A stretch of DNA of 59,034 nt, the filler included. It is 3 parts of 3 records of this genome, joined end to end, with 100 filler letters (N's around TTAATTAATTAA, not from the genome) between each part and the next. Parts side by side here need not be neighbours in the genome. Positions count along the whole stretch, not along the records: positions 1 to 19,182 come from SRR20825019_86; 2 more parts are not named here. One strand, 5' to 3'. Under the pieces are notes generated by a model. The model saw only the letters and a program-made list of their open reading frames with translations. It was not told where the DNA came from and ran no database searches. Position 1 is the stretch's first letter; each line of letters opens with the position of its first letter. A program made the position numbers and the translations under genes. Below are positions 1-9,537 of this stretch, piece after piece.

Positions 1-42
1 TAGCCTCCAGCAGTGGTGAAGATGAAAGATCAACAAGCCCTA
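1..42 (-). repeat. Truncated copy of small palindromic MITE/REP-like element
   Basis: Reverse complement TAGGGCTTGTTGATCTTTCATCTTCACCACTGCTGGAGGCTA matches the left arm and loop of the element at 5984-6045. Its TAG is the stop codon of the upstream CDS. Cut by the window start. Confidence 0.85.
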
Positions 43-729
43 GGGACAGCGTGTTCTCGCCTCTGATACAGGTAGGTCGTAATACTGGTAACGACAGATC
101 ATCGTCTTGCTATTAGAGGCTTCCACATCCATGCTTCTAAGCAAGTTCTGCCACAGGCTGATGCGCTCCGCGTTATCGACAAAATCACTGTCGTGATTGC
201 GCTTATTCAGCCAGAGCCCGACACCGTTAAAGCTGTAGACGGGATATAAATCATCGCGCTCCGTCGCCGGCACAATATTGGTGTTCAGGTTATCCAGTAC
301 CAGCGGCACGGCTTTCGGTGATTCGTAATAACTCACCACCATATGTGCCTGATTGAGTTCCAGGGCTTTGACATAGGTCAGACGCAACTTGTCTTCCTCC
401 ATGCCCATGCCAGTCAGGGTGAAATACTTGGCCAGCGAAAAGTCCTCACAGTCACCACCGCCACTGACAATGGTCTGTAGCGGGGTGGCCCAGTAGTCCT
501 GCTGCTTCCAGTGCTTGATATCATCAACAAACACTAACTGATTCACGAAATCATTGGCCGCCTGCAGTCGCCGCTCATCCGGCCAGCGCTGGCCATCGTC
601 AATAAGCTTGTTCCAACTGGCGACCCGGGCCTCAATCTCCGGACTGATACCCGTCGTTTCTTTTTTGGGGGAGGACGAACAGCCCGCCAGCAAAGCCAGC
701 AACAGAACCATCAGCCATTTCATTATCAA
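40..729 (-). CDS. Transglutaminase-like cysteine peptidase (BTLCP/LapG family), lipoprotein
   Basis: Lipobox LAGC; DYWATP, GDCEDF (Cys), AHMV (His), VLDN (Asp) and PVYSFNG motifs. ATGA overlap with the bioD stop. Confidence 0.9.
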   Translation of the reverse strand: MIMKWLMVLLLALLAGCSSSPKKETTGISPEIEARVASWNKLIDDGQRWPDERRLQAANDFVNQLVFVDDIKHWKQQDYWATPLQTIVSGGGDCEDFSLAKYFTLTGMGMEEDKLRLTYVKALELNQAHMVVSYYESPKAVPLVLDNLNTNIVPATERDDLYPVYSFNGVGLWLNKRNHDSDFVDNAERISLWQNLLRSMDVEASNSKTMICRYQYYDLPVSEARTRCP

Positions 730-1391
730 GCCTCCTGACAGAGGAATTCAGCGGCGGACTGATTCTCCGCCAGCTTCGGTACCACGCCGAGACAAGGGGC
801 AGAGATATGCTGCTTCAGCGTCTCTATAATGTCGGCTGATTCGCTCTGCTCGTCAAGATGATTGGCTACCCAGCCCGCGATTCTGATACCGCGTTGCTGG
901 ATCGATTCAATGCTGAGCAGCGCATGGTTAATGCAACCGAGCTTGACTGCCACCACCAGCACCACGGGTAAATCTAAGGCGACAGCTAAATCAGCCATGG
1001 TCTCACTCTGGTTGAGCGGAACCAGCCAGCCGCCGGCACCTTCCACCACCACGGCATCACTCTCGGCTTTGATACCTTCAAACTGCTGTTTAATATCGCT
1101 AATCGAGACTTCTGTATTGACCCGGCCGGCGGCAATATGCGGCGCAATGGCCGGCTCAAAGGCATAAGGATTGATGAGGGAATAAGGCAGCGATACATTA
1201 CTCTGTGCAATCATCGCCAGCGCATCTTCATTCTGCCATTGCCCGTCTATCCAGTCACAGCCGCTGGCAACCGGTTTCATGCCGGCCACGCTGAGCCCCT
1301 GTTGCCGTAATAAAGCCATCAGTCCGACAGAAATCCGGGTTTTGCCGACTTCGGTATCGGTGCCGGTCACAAACACATGCTTGGGAATCAT
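726..1391 (-). CDS. bioD: Dethiobiotin synthase
   Basis: FVTGTDTEVGKT P-loop, MKPVASG, VEGAGG, LGCINHALL. Confidence 0.97.
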   Translation of the reverse strand: MIPKHVFVTGTDTEVGKTRISVGLMALLRQQGLSVAGMKPVASGCDWIDGQWQNEDALAMIAQSNVSLPYSLINPYAFEPAIAPHIAAGRVNTEVSISDIKQQFEGIKAESDAVVVEGAGGWLVPLNQSETMADLAVALDLPVVLVVAVKLGCINHALLSIESIQQRGIRIAGWVANHLDEQSESADIIETLKQHISAPCLGVVPKLAENQSAAEFLCQEA

Positions 1392-2284
1392 CGACGTTGA
1401 ATCTCACTGAGAGGAATATTGACACTACCGTCGGCAGCGGCTCGTTGACCTGCTTGCTGCAGTTTCCAGCCATGGCCGAACACCACTTCATAACTGGCCG
1501 GAATCAACCCTTCAATCCGGAAATTTTCGTACTCGGCAACGACCTGCCGCATCAGGTTTTTACCGGTCAGACCACGGCGGCGGCCTTGATTGACATTATG
1601 CGCCCCCAGAATTTTGAGATCGCGCATCATTGCCATCGGCGTCGGATAGGTCAGCACATAAGGTTCGATATCAAGCACGCAATCCGACAAACCACTGGCC
1701 GTCATCGCATCGCCGACATCATGAATATCGTAAAACACGTTCACATGCGGATAGGCATCCACCGCCGCCCAGGCCTGCCTCAGTTCGGTCAGGGTATCCG
1801 GACCCAGCGTGCTGTACAGCAACAGACCGTCGGGACGCAGCACCCGCTGAATTTCATCAAAACTCACTGACGGTTCACACCATTGCAGGGCCAGATTGGC
1901 GAAGATCAGATCGACGCTGTTATCAGCGAGCGGAATCGCCTCGGCGTCCCCAGCCAATAACTGCAGCTTGTGACTGCTGCCGGGCAGCCAGCGCTTGAGA
2001 CCCTGATCCTGTCGATAACGTTTTCGCGCCTGTTGCAGCATATCGGGAGCAATATCCATCGCCAGCAGCTGAGCCTCGGGATAATGTTTTTGCAGCAAAG
2101 AGAGGTTTCGGCCGGTGCCGACGCCGAGATCCAGAATCGACTGCGGCTGAATTTTCATCAGACTCAAACGATCCAGTAATTCATCGGCGGTCTGCCGTTG
2201 TAAAATCGCGACGTCATCATATTTCGCTGCGGCGGCAGCAAAAGAGCGGGCTACTTTGGACTTATCGGGACGATATTCAACCAT
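1388..2284 (-). CDS. bioC: Malonyl-ACP O-methyltransferase
   Basis: SAM-binding ILDLGVGTG, NLALQW, TLGPDTLTELR; bio operon context. Confidence 0.95.
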   Translation of the reverse strand: MVEYRPDKSKVARSFAAAAAKYDDVAILQRQTADELLDRLSLMKIQPQSILDLGVGTGRNLSLLQKHYPEAQLLAMDIAPDMLQQARKRYRQDQGLKRWLPGSSHKLQLLAGDAEAIPLADNSVDLIFANLALQWCEPSVSFDEIQRVLRPDGLLLYSTLGPDTLTELRQAWAAVDAYPHVNVFYDIHDVGDAMTASGLSDCVLDIEPYVLTYPTPMAMMRDLKILGAHNVNQGRRRGLTGKNLMRQVVAEYENFRIEGLIPASYEVVFGHGWKLQQAGQRAAADGSVNIPLSEIQRR

Positions 2285-3038
2285 TAATAAACTGTTCTAT
2301 CTGTTGCTGACATTGCGCAGCCTGGGCCATAAACGGAGCGTGACCGAGGCCGTCGAGCATCACGACCTGCAGCGCCGGATTCAATTGTCGGGCGTAGTCA
2401 GGCATCTCTGACGGAATTAAGGTATCGCGGGTTCCCAGCAGCATCTGAACCGGGCAATTCAATGCCGCCAATGCGTCACGCATATCCAGTTGCAGCAGAC
2501 AATCCAGACCTGCATGCAGTGCCTCGGAATCAGGCGAGTGCTGCAATGCCAACCGTTCGCTCAACTCACGAATCGTGGCGCGGCTTTTGTCCGCGCCCTT
2601 GGCCTGCAGCATCAGAAAACGCTGCAGGGTCTGCTTTTGGTCGACATCCAGACTGACTGCAAAATTCTCAAACACTTCGCTTTGCATCGCACAGGGCCAG
2701 TCTTTGTCACGAACAAAGCGCGGCGTTGCTGCCATCAGACTCAATTTGCTGACCCGATCGGGATAACGCTGGACAAAAGCGAGGCTCAGCAAACCACCCA
2801 GTGACCAGCCCAGCCAGACCGCTTTTTGCGGCAGCTTATCAGCCAGTGCTGGCAGCAGTTTGTCGAGTTCAAAACCACCCGACTGCCAATCGCTTGAACC
2901 GTGACCCGGTAAATCGACCAGATGCAGCGTAAATCGCTCTGCCAGATAGTCAGCCAGTTGATGCCAGACGCCACTATGCATGCTCCAGCCGTGCAGCATC
3001 ACCAGATTTGGACCACTGCCCAGCTGTTCAATATGCAC
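2277..3038 (-). CDS. bioH: Pimeloyl-ACP methyl ester esterase
   Basis: LHGW, GWSLGG nucleophile elbow, GHAPF. GTG start at 3038 preferred over ATG at 3056 because it has an upstream GGAG. Confidence 0.95.
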   Translation of the reverse strand: MHIEQLGSGPNLVMLHGWSMHSGVWHQLADYLAERFTLHLVDLPGHGSSDWQSGGFELDKLLPALADKLPQKAVWLGWSLGGLLSLAFVQRYPDRVSKLSLMAATPRFVRDKDWPCAMQSEVFENFAVSLDVDQKQTLQRFLMLQAKGADKSRATIRELSERLALQHSPDSEALHAGLDCLLQLDMRDALAALNCPVQMLLGTRDTLIPSEMPDYARQLNPALQVVMLDGLGHAPFMAQAAQCQQQIEQFING

Positions 3039-4203
3039 CGGCCTGCTCCAGTGCATTCAGTAGTTTATTCACATCCTGTTCGCTGTGTGCGGCAGAAAAA
3101 GTAATACGCAATCTGGCAGTCTTTTTGGGCACCGTGGGGGGGCGAATCACGCCGACCAGAAGGCCCGCCTGTTCCAGATTTTTACCCACAGCCAGCGCTT
3201 TTTTATCGTCACCGATGACGACCGGTTGGATCGGAGTCTGTGACGGCATGAGATTCAGGCCCAGCTGCTGTGCGCCCTGTCTGAATTGCTGAATTAAGGC
3301 TCGTAAATGCTCACGGCGCCAGTCTTCCTGCTCCACCAGTTTCAGGCTGGCCAGTGTTGCTGCGGCCACCGCCGGCGGCTGCGCTGTGGTGTAGACATAA
3401 CTGCGAGCCTGTTGAATCAAGATCTCGATTACCGTTTCATCAGCCGCGACAAAAGCGCCGCCGGTTCCAAAGGCTTTACCCAGGGTACCCACCTGAATCG
3501 GCGCCAGCTCGGGGGCGATGTCAAAATGCGAGACGGTACCCCGTCCCCCTTTGCCGATCACGCCGAAACCGTGCGCATCATCAATCAAGACTGCAGCGCG
3601 GTGCTGTCTGGCCTGCGCCATAATATCGGGTAGAGGCGCGATATCACCATCCATACTGAATACGCCATCAGAGACAATCAAGCGGTGCTTGGCAGTAGCA
3701 GCGTTATGCAGGCGTTTATGCAGTAGCGCCATATCTGCATGGGGATAACGCAGTTGATCGGCTTCGGTCAGACGACCGCCATCAAGCAAAGAGGCATGGT
3801 TAAGCTTATCCTGAATCACCGCATCACCGCGCTGAAGCAAACCATCGATGGCGCCCAGATTGGCCATGTAGCCAGTGGAGAACAGCAGCACACGAGGCTG
3901 GCCGGTAAAATCGGCCAAAGCTTCTTCCAGCGCTTGATGATAATAACTATGGCCGGTCAGCAGATGTGCAGCGCCACTGCCGACCCCTTCCCTGTCCACG
4001 GCATGTTTGAAGGCCTGTTTGATATCGGGATGCGCCGCCAGACCGAGATAGTCGTTACTGCAGAAAGACAGCATGGTTTTGCCATCGACCGTGACATTAA
4101 CGCCCTGCTCGCCCAGACGCAGGCGGGGCTGGCGGTAACGACCCGCCGCTTTGCGGTCAGCTAAAGCAGCGGTTAATTCATCATGCCAGGGGAGTTGCGA
4201 CAC
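3028..4203 (-). CDS. bioF: 8-amino-7-oxononanoate synthase
   Basis: SNDYLGL, NHASLLDG, VFSMDGD, DDAHG, GTLGKAFG (PLP Lys), IRPPTVP. Confidence 0.97.
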   Translation of the reverse strand: MSQLPWHDELTAALADRKAAGRYRQPRLRLGEQGVNVTVDGKTMLSFCSNDYLGLAAHPDIKQAFKHAVDREGVGSGAAHLLTGHSYYHQALEEALADFTGQPRVLLFSTGYMANLGAIDGLLQRGDAVIQDKLNHASLLDGGRLTEADQLRYPHADMALLHKRLHNAATAKHRLIVSDGVFSMDGDIAPLPDIMAQARQHRAAVLIDDAHGFGVIGKGGRGTVSHFDIAPELAPIQVGTLGKAFGTGGAFVAADETVIEILIQQARSYVYTTAQPPAVAAATLASLKLVEQEDWRREHLRALIQQFRQGAQQLGLNLMPSQTPIQPVVIGDDKKALAVGKNLEQAGLLVGVIRPPTVPKKTARLRITFSAAHSEQDVNKLLNALEQAGAY

Positions 4204-4212
4204 TCTTGGCTA

Positions 4213-5223
4213 TCAGGCCGCCGAACACTGCTTTTTTTCGGCTTTGTCGTCACCGACCCAGGGGGTAATACCCAGGCGTTTGAACAGTTGCTGATCGTGG
4301 TTGGTATCCGGATTATCGGTGGTCAGCAGTTTCTCACCGTAGAAAATCGAGTTGGCACCGGCCAGGAAGCACATGGCCTGCATTTCATCGCTCATATTTT
4401 CACGGCCGGCTGACAGACGCACGAAAGATTTCGGCATCATGATACGGGCCACGGCAATCGTGCGCACAAACTCCAGTGCATCCAGATTATCTGTGCCGTT
4501 CAGCGGCGTACCTTCGACCTGCACCAGCAGATTGATCGGCACGCTCTGTGGCTGGGTAGGCAGATTTGCCAGACTAATCAGCAGACCGGCACGGTCGGCC
4601 TGGGTTTCGCCCATACCGACAATACCGCCGCTGCAGACATTAATACCGGCATCACGGACATGGCCCAACGTGTTAAGGCGGTCTTCATAGGTACGGGTGG
4701 AAATGATCTCACCGTAAAATTCGGGCGAGGTGTCGAGGTTGTGGTTGTAGTAATCCAGACCGGCATCTTTCAGGCGTTTGGCCTGATGCTCTTCCAGCAT
4801 ACCCAGGGTCACACAGGTTTCCAGGCCCAGACTTTTCACCCCTTCAACCATATCTGCAACACGTTCCAGGTCGCGGTCTTTCAGGTTACGCCAGGCAGCG
4901 CCCATACAGAACCGGCTGGCACCAGCATCTTTAGCTTCATTGGCTGACTTCATCACCTCTTCCAGTGGCATCAAAGGCTCGGCTTTGACCGCAGAAGGAT
5001 GGTGGGCACTTTGCGGGCAGTAGCCGCAGTCTTCGGCACAGCCACCGGTTTTGATGCTGAGCAGTGTACTGATTTGTACCGCATTGGCATCAAAATGCTC
5101 TCGGTGAACGGTTTGAGCTTGATACAGCAGATCATTGAAAGGTAAAGCAAACAGGGCTTCGACCTCTTCCTGCTTCCAGTTTTGACGAATCGTCGCTTGG
5201 GTTTCTGCTACATTCTCAGGCAT
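4213..5223 (-). CDS. bioB: Biotin synthase
   Basis: Radical [31 protein letters not shown]. Confidence 0.98.
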   Translation of the reverse strand: MPENVAETQATIRQNWKQEEVEALFALPFNDLLYQAQTVHREHFDANAVQISTLLSIKTGGCAEDCGYCPQSAHHPSAVKAEPLMPLEEVMKSANEAKDAGASRFCMGAAWRNLKDRDLERVADMVEGVKSLGLETCVTLGMLEEHQAKRLKDAGLDYYNHNLDTSPEFYGEIISTRTYEDRLNTLGHVRDAGINVCSGGIVGMGETQADRAGLLISLANLPTQPQSVPINLLVQVEGTPLNGTDNLDALEFVRTIAVARIMMPKSFVRLSAGRENMSDEMQAMCFLAGANSIFYGEKLLTTDNPDTNHDQQLFKRLGITPWVGDDKAEKKQCSAA

Positions 5224-5257
5224 GATGACTCTTCACTGATTTAAAGGATTAAATTGG

Positions 5258-5980
5258 GTGACGGTCATGGCTGTATTCAGCGCTCTGACACATCAATCCG
5301 GTAAATTATACAGGAAACTGTTTCCAATACCTTGTTTGCTCTGCGGCCTGCCGGGCGACTGCGATCCGCTTTGCCGGGCCTGTGCGGCTGAATTACCGCT
5401 GCTGGGGCCGGCCTGTCAGCGCTGTGCGATGCCGCTGGAATCTGCGCAGATTTGCGGCCGCTGTCTGCAGCATCCACCAGTCGCTGATCACAGCCTCAGC
5501 CTCTATCGTTATCAAGGCGACATTAAACGTTGCATCACCAGTTTCAAGTTTCATCAGCAACTGCAGTTTGCTGACTTCTTCGCCGCACAGCTGTATCAAA
5601 TACTCAAATCCCGCAGCCCATTGCCTGACTGTCTGATACCGATCCCACTGCATCCTTTACGCCTTCGTCAGCGCGGTTTTAACCAGGCCCATGAAGTTGC
5701 GCGCAAGCTGGCAGCAGCGCTGAATATTGAGTGCCATCCCGGCTTGTTGCAGCGGGTCCGGTATACCCGCTCCCAGAGCCAGCTCTCTTTCAAACAGCGG
5801 CGTCATAATGTCCGCCGGGCTTTTCGATGTAGCAACCATAGAGTACCGTCCCATATCGCCCTGATTGATGATGTAATGACTTCAGGACACACCACCGCAG
5901 AAGCCACCAAAGTGCTGCAGAAAAACGGCGCAGAAACGATTGAAGTGTGGACAATTGCACGTGCAATAAGCCATTATTAA
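5258..5980 (+). CDS. comF: ComF family protein (zinc ribbon + PRTase-like)
   Basis: Four CxxC pairs, RGFNQA, LIDDVMTSGHT; divergent from bioB. Start may be ATG at 5267. Confidence 0.9.
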   Translation: MTVMAVFSALTHQSGKLYRKLFPIPCLLCGLPGDCDPLCRACAAELPLLGPACQRCAMPLESAQICGRCLQHPPVADHSLSLYRYQGDIKRCITSFKFHQQLQFADFFAAQLYQILKSRSPLPDCLIPIPLHPLRLRQRGFNQAHEVARKLAAALNIECHPGLLQRVRYTRSQSQLSFKQRRHNVRRAFRCSNHRVPSHIALIDDVMTSGHTTAEATKVLQKNGAETIEVWTIARAISHY

Positions 5981-5983
5981 TGT

Positions 5984-6045
5984 TAGGGCTTGTTGCTCTT
6001 TCATATCCACCACTGCTGACTGCTATGAAAGAGCAACAAGCCCTA
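5984..6045. repeat. 62-bp palindromic MITE/REP-like element (full copy)
   Basis: Perfect 22-bp inverted repeat: TAGGGCTTGTTGCTCTTTCATA (5984-6005) and TATGAAAGAGCAACAAGCCCTA (6024-6045), with an 18-nt loop. Confidence 0.9.
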
Positions 6046-6073
6046 GACAAAATACCGCTCATAAGGCGTCTGG

Positions 6074-7138
6074 ATGCACGATATCGCCACCTTACAAGCT
6101 CGATTGGATGAACTGCTTCGTATCGCCAAAAGTAATGAGCGGAAACAGGAGAACTTCCAGCAATACGAACTGGCTCTGCTCAACAGCACCAGTCTGCATG
6201 AGCTGTTAAGCATTATTCTCGACCAGCATAAAGATCGCTTTCAGCTCACCGAAGTCACGCTGATGCTTTATGATCCCGAGTATGAAATCCAGCGCCTGGT
6301 GGAATCCAAAATTGCCCCACATGCCTGGACAGGCCGACTGATATTCAGTGATTCGGCGCACCTGATTAATCAGCATTTCAGTCCCCAGCGAAAGCCGCGC
6401 CTGCTCAAATATTCACCGCATCAGCATGCCTATCTGTTTCCCGAGCAGGAGGATTTGGGCTCCGTCGCCTTGCTGCCGCTGATGCGTCAGAATCACCTGT
6501 TCGGCTGTCTTAACCTGGGCAGCCGTAATGCGTCCCGTTTCCAGGGGCAGATTGGTACCTTGTTTCTGGAACATCTTGCGGCTGTCGTCTCGGCCTGTAT
6601 CGAAAATGCGCGTCTGCATGAACATATCAAACTGGTGGGTTTGCACGATGCCCTGACCGGCATCAATAACCGTCGCTTTTTTGATCAGCGCCTGAGCGAG
6701 GAAGTCAGCCGGGCCCAGCGTTCCGGTTCGCCTTTATCCTGCCTGTTTATCGATCTGGACCATTTCAAACGGGTCAATGACCAGTATGGTCACCAGGCCG
6801 GTGATGCGGTGCTCAAACAGGTCTCCAGACTATTATCTGACCGTTTACGGCAGACTGATGTGCTGGCACGTTATGGGGGTGAGGAATTTATTATCCTGCT
6901 TGCCGATACCGCCCGGGAAGATGCTGCCCTGATAGCCGAACAAATCCGTGATCGTGTCGCCAAGGCCCACCTCGTGATTCCCTCAGGGAAAACACTGAAC
7001 ATCACCCTGTCGATTGGTGTGGCCACCATGCTGGTGCCGGGCACAATTAAAGACGGCAGGCAATTAATCGCGATGGCCGACCAGGCCGTCTATGCCGCCA
7101 AATTATCTGGCCGTAATCGGGTTAAGCAGGCTCGCTGA
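6074..7138 (+). CDS. Diguanylate cyclase with N-terminal DUF484/GAF-like domain
   Basis: DALTGINNRR, DLDHFKRVND, RQTD I-site, RYGGEEF; N-terminal LGSVALLPL...LNLGS...RF...GTLFL. Confidence 0.92.
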   Translation: MHDIATLQARLDELLRIAKSNERKQENFQQYELALLNSTSLHELLSIILDQHKDRFQLTEVTLMLYDPEYEIQRLVESKIAPHAWTGRLIFSDSAHLINQHFSPQRKPRLLKYSPHQHAYLFPEQEDLGSVALLPLMRQNHLFGCLNLGSRNASRFQGQIGTLFLEHLAAVVSACIENARLHEHIKLVGLHDALTGINNRRFFDQRLSEEVSRAQRSGSPLSCLFIDLDHFKRVNDQYGHQAGDAVLKQVSRLLSDRLRQTDVLARYGGEEFIILLADTAREDAALIAEQIRDRVAKAHLVIPSGKTLNITLSIGVATMLVPGTIKDGRQLIAMADQAVYAAKLSGRNRVKQAR

Positions 7139-7566
7139 TGTTACTGGCCACGTTTATCATCAATACTGTTATCGTTGTCGCGACAGTGCTAATCCATTAC
7201 GAAACCCTGTATCTGCTGGCTAAGAAGCTACCCTCGGTGAAAGTGATTCACCGCTATCGGGTGTTACTGGCGGTCATGGCCATCATGCTGGCGCATGTAG
7301 CCGAAATATGGCTGTTTGCCGTGGGTTATTACATCATGATTCATACCGGTGACTTCGGAACGCTCAGCGGCAATATCGATTTAAGCCTGCTGGACTGCAG
7401 CTATTTTTCTTTCACTACCTTCACCACACTGGGGTATGGTGATATTGAACCCAGTGGTTATCTGCGTTTTCTTACCGGTCTGGAGTCACTCACCGGGCTG
7501 GTAATGATCACCTGGTCTGCCTCATTCGTCTTCCTGGAAATGCAGAAGTACTGGCCGAAGCGCTAG
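7138..7566 (+). CDS. Small potassium-channel pore protein (Ion_trans_2)
   Basis: TFTTLGYGD selectivity filter flanked by hydrophobic helices; TGATG coupling to the upstream cyclase. Confidence 0.88.
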   Translation: MLLATFIINTVIVVATVLIHYETLYLLAKKLPSVKVIHRYRVLLAVMAIMLAHVAEIWLFAVGYYIMIHTGDFGTLSGNIDLSLLDCSYFSFTTFTTLGYGDIEPSGYLRFLTGLESLTGLVMITWSASFVFLEMQKYWPKR

Positions 7567-7578
7567 GGCTTGTTGATC
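7564..7578 (+). repeat. Half copy (left arm only) of the palindromic element
   Basis: TAGGGCTTGTTGATC is identical to the first 15 nt of the copy at 1-42; its TAG is the channel gene stop codon. Confidence 0.7.
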
Positions 7579-7601
7579 CTAACCCCCAAGAGGTGACTGT
7601 C

Positions 7602-8186
7602 ATGCACGGCAGAATCGACCAAATCCTGCAACAGATTCGCCAACTGGAAGAAGAACTCAAAGCCGAATTGAACCAGCGCAGTCAGGTCATCGGCTTTACC
7701 ATCCGTGGCCGTAAAGTCGAATTCGAGCGCTCCCTCAAACAGACGCACAAACGCCTTAAACTGAGTGTCTGGCGCTGGCTCGGTATCCGCCCCGTCAATC
7801 TCATCACGATGCCGATTATTTACGCGATGCTCGTGCCGTTGATAGCGATTGATCTACTGGTGAGTTTCTACCAGTACAGCTGTTTTCCTATCTACCGCAT
7901 CAAACTGGTTAAACGTCGCGACTATATTGTGTTTGACCGGCATCAGCTCGCTTATCTGAATGTTTTCGAGCGCTGGCACTGTCTGTATTGTTCTTATGCT
8001 AACGGCGTGGTGGCCTATATCCGCGAAATTCTGGCTCGCACTGAGCAGTATTTCTGTCCGATTAAACATGCCCGTAAAGTGCTGGGCAGCCATGATCGTT
8101 ATCAATATTTTCTGGAATATGCCGATGCTAAGCATTATCACCGCCAATTACAGCAATACCGGGATAAACTCGTCAGGGGAGAATAA
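7602..8186 (+). CDS. Hypothetical membrane protein with Cys/His motifs
   Basis: N-terminal coiled coil, one hydrophobic segment, HCLYCSYANG and EQYFCPIKH. ATG at 7602 follows AGAGG; the ORF track starts at GTG 7593. Confidence 0.75.
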   Translation: MHGRIDQILQQIRQLEEELKAELNQRSQVIGFTIRGRKVEFERSLKQTHKRLKLSVWRWLGIRPVNLITMPIIYAMLVPLIAIDLLVSFYQYSCFPIYRIKLVKRRDYIVFDRHQLAYLNVFERWHCLYCSYANGVVAYIREILARTEQYFCPIKHARKVLGSHDRYQYFLEYADAKHYHRQLQQYRDKLVRGE

Positions 8187-8191
8187 AAGGC

Positions 8192-9013
8192 TCAGCGCAT
8201 CTTTATCGCTGAAGGGTGCTGCACAATCATAAAGTGTTGCTTGTCCTGTCTTCGCAACCAGCCCCGCACTTCTATTGGACGATCCAGATACCGTGACAGC
8301 GGTGAAAAGCCTGCCTGCAGTGACTTGGCGATCTTGATAACAAAATGTTCAGAGACTGTCAGATTAATATACTTTCGGCTTTCACTGATGCGTTTCGGTG
8401 TAACCTGCCAGCGCTGCCAGCCATGATAACTGCGGCCGGGCACCAATTCAGCCAGTGTCTTAGGCTGAAACGCCGGCCTTTGCCAAAGCCCGCTATTGGC
8501 TTTTTCCGCGTGCTGCTGGGCCTCGATCAACTGCTTGCTGTAGCGCAGATTGGGCGGCGTCAGAGTCAGCATTGCCAGGCCTTCTTTAAGTAGTCTGGCG
8601 TTCAGGTATTCACCCGACGCCAGAAAGACATGAGCCAGCTGCCGCTCATATTTATCGCGCTGCTCGGCATCATATTCCAGCCAGACATCGGGGGTCCGCA
8701 AAGTTTTTCGCAACCAGTCGCGAGCGGCTTCACCTCCGGCCTCAGCACGAGTAAAACGACTCTCTACTTCCGGTGTATTAATACCAATAAGCCTGATTTT
8801 TTCACCGCTTTCCAATACCAGCGTATCGCCGTCAATCACATGCCTGATTCTGACCTTATAGCGATAAGGAGCAGTGTTGAGCTCGACTGGCTCTGCGCCA
8901 ATGGACGGTTTGTCGCTAAAGCGGGTATGGCCGAAACGATCTTCACTACGATAAATATCTGCCTGTAAACCGCCGCTAAGCAGCAACAAGAGAATGGCAA
9001 TCCCTTTGCGCAT
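8192..9013 (-). CDS. Secreted thermonuclease (SNase) with short DUF4124-like N-terminus
   Basis: Signal peptide, ADIYR..D..G...FSDKP, VIDGDT, IRLIGINTPE, DKYERQLAHV. Confidence 0.88.
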   Translation of the reverse strand: MRKGIAILLLLLSGGLQADIYRSEDRFGHTRFSDKPSIGAEPVELNTAPYRYKVRIRHVIDGDTLVLESGEKIRLIGINTPEVESRFTRAEAGGEAARDWLRKTLRTPDVWLEYDAEQRDKYERQLAHVFLASGEYLNARLLKEGLAMLTLTPPNLRYSKQLIEAQQHAEKANSGLWQRPAFQPKTLAELVPGRSYHGWQRWQVTPKRISESRKYINLTVSEHFVIKIAKSLQAGFSPLSRYLDRPIEVRGWLRRQDKQHFMIVQHPSAIKMR

Positions 9014-9033
9014 CCTGTCTCTCCCTGGTTAGT

Positions 9034-9537
9034 CTATTCGCTGGCAGTTAACAGTCTGTCGAGTCTGTCCTGTTGCGAGGCAACCTGCCTGCGACAATCC
9101 GCTATTAATTGTTTTAGCATGTTGGCGACCGCATCAAAACTGTCACTATGCTGACTGGCATGGGCCGCTTCCACCGCACAACAGATTGCCAGATATTCTC
9201 CTTTTTTCACCGATTGCGGCATCTCTGACAAAGTCATTGTCAGTTTTTTAATCAGCTTCTGAACCTCAGTCCAACTTTCTGCCTCAGAAATAGCTGCCAG
9301 CAGACGATGAGCCTGTTGTAAATCCTGATTAATGCGATGACCCAACTCCTGAATACCCTGGGTGAGCACCCGGAAGGCATCGCCCTCACTACCAGCCCTG
9401 GCAGCAGCACTGACCGCATTGGATGACAGTAAATGCATCTGCCGCAACAAGGGCTGCATCGCGGTCAGTTGTTGTTGCAGCGTCTCCAGCTCTGGTTTGA
9501 GTTGCATAAGGCGGCGTTGCTCAAGATGACCTGTCAT
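9034..9537 (-). CDS. Small soluble protein with chemoreceptor (MCP) signalling-tip-like motifs
   Basis: HLLSSNAVSAAARAGSEGDAFRVL resembles the MCP consensus [24 protein letters not shown]; TGATG coupling to ubiA. Confidence 0.65.
   Translation of the reverse strand: MTGHLEQRRLMQLKPELETLQQQLTAMQPLLRQMHLLSSNAVSAAARAGSEGDAFRVLTQGIQELGHRINQDLQQAHRLLAAISEAESWTEVQKLIKKLTMTLSEMPQSVKKGEYLAICCAVEAAHASQHSDSFDAVANMLKQLIADCRRQVASQQDRLDRLLTASE

Noticed and set aside
5224-5315. BirA operator upstream of bioB
   Set aside because: Only a loose CTGTAT...ATACAG pair, with spacing longer than the BirA consensus.
5984-6045. CRISPR repeat or intrinsic terminator
   Set aside because: Copies are dispersed with no spacer array or cas genes, and there is no U-tract.
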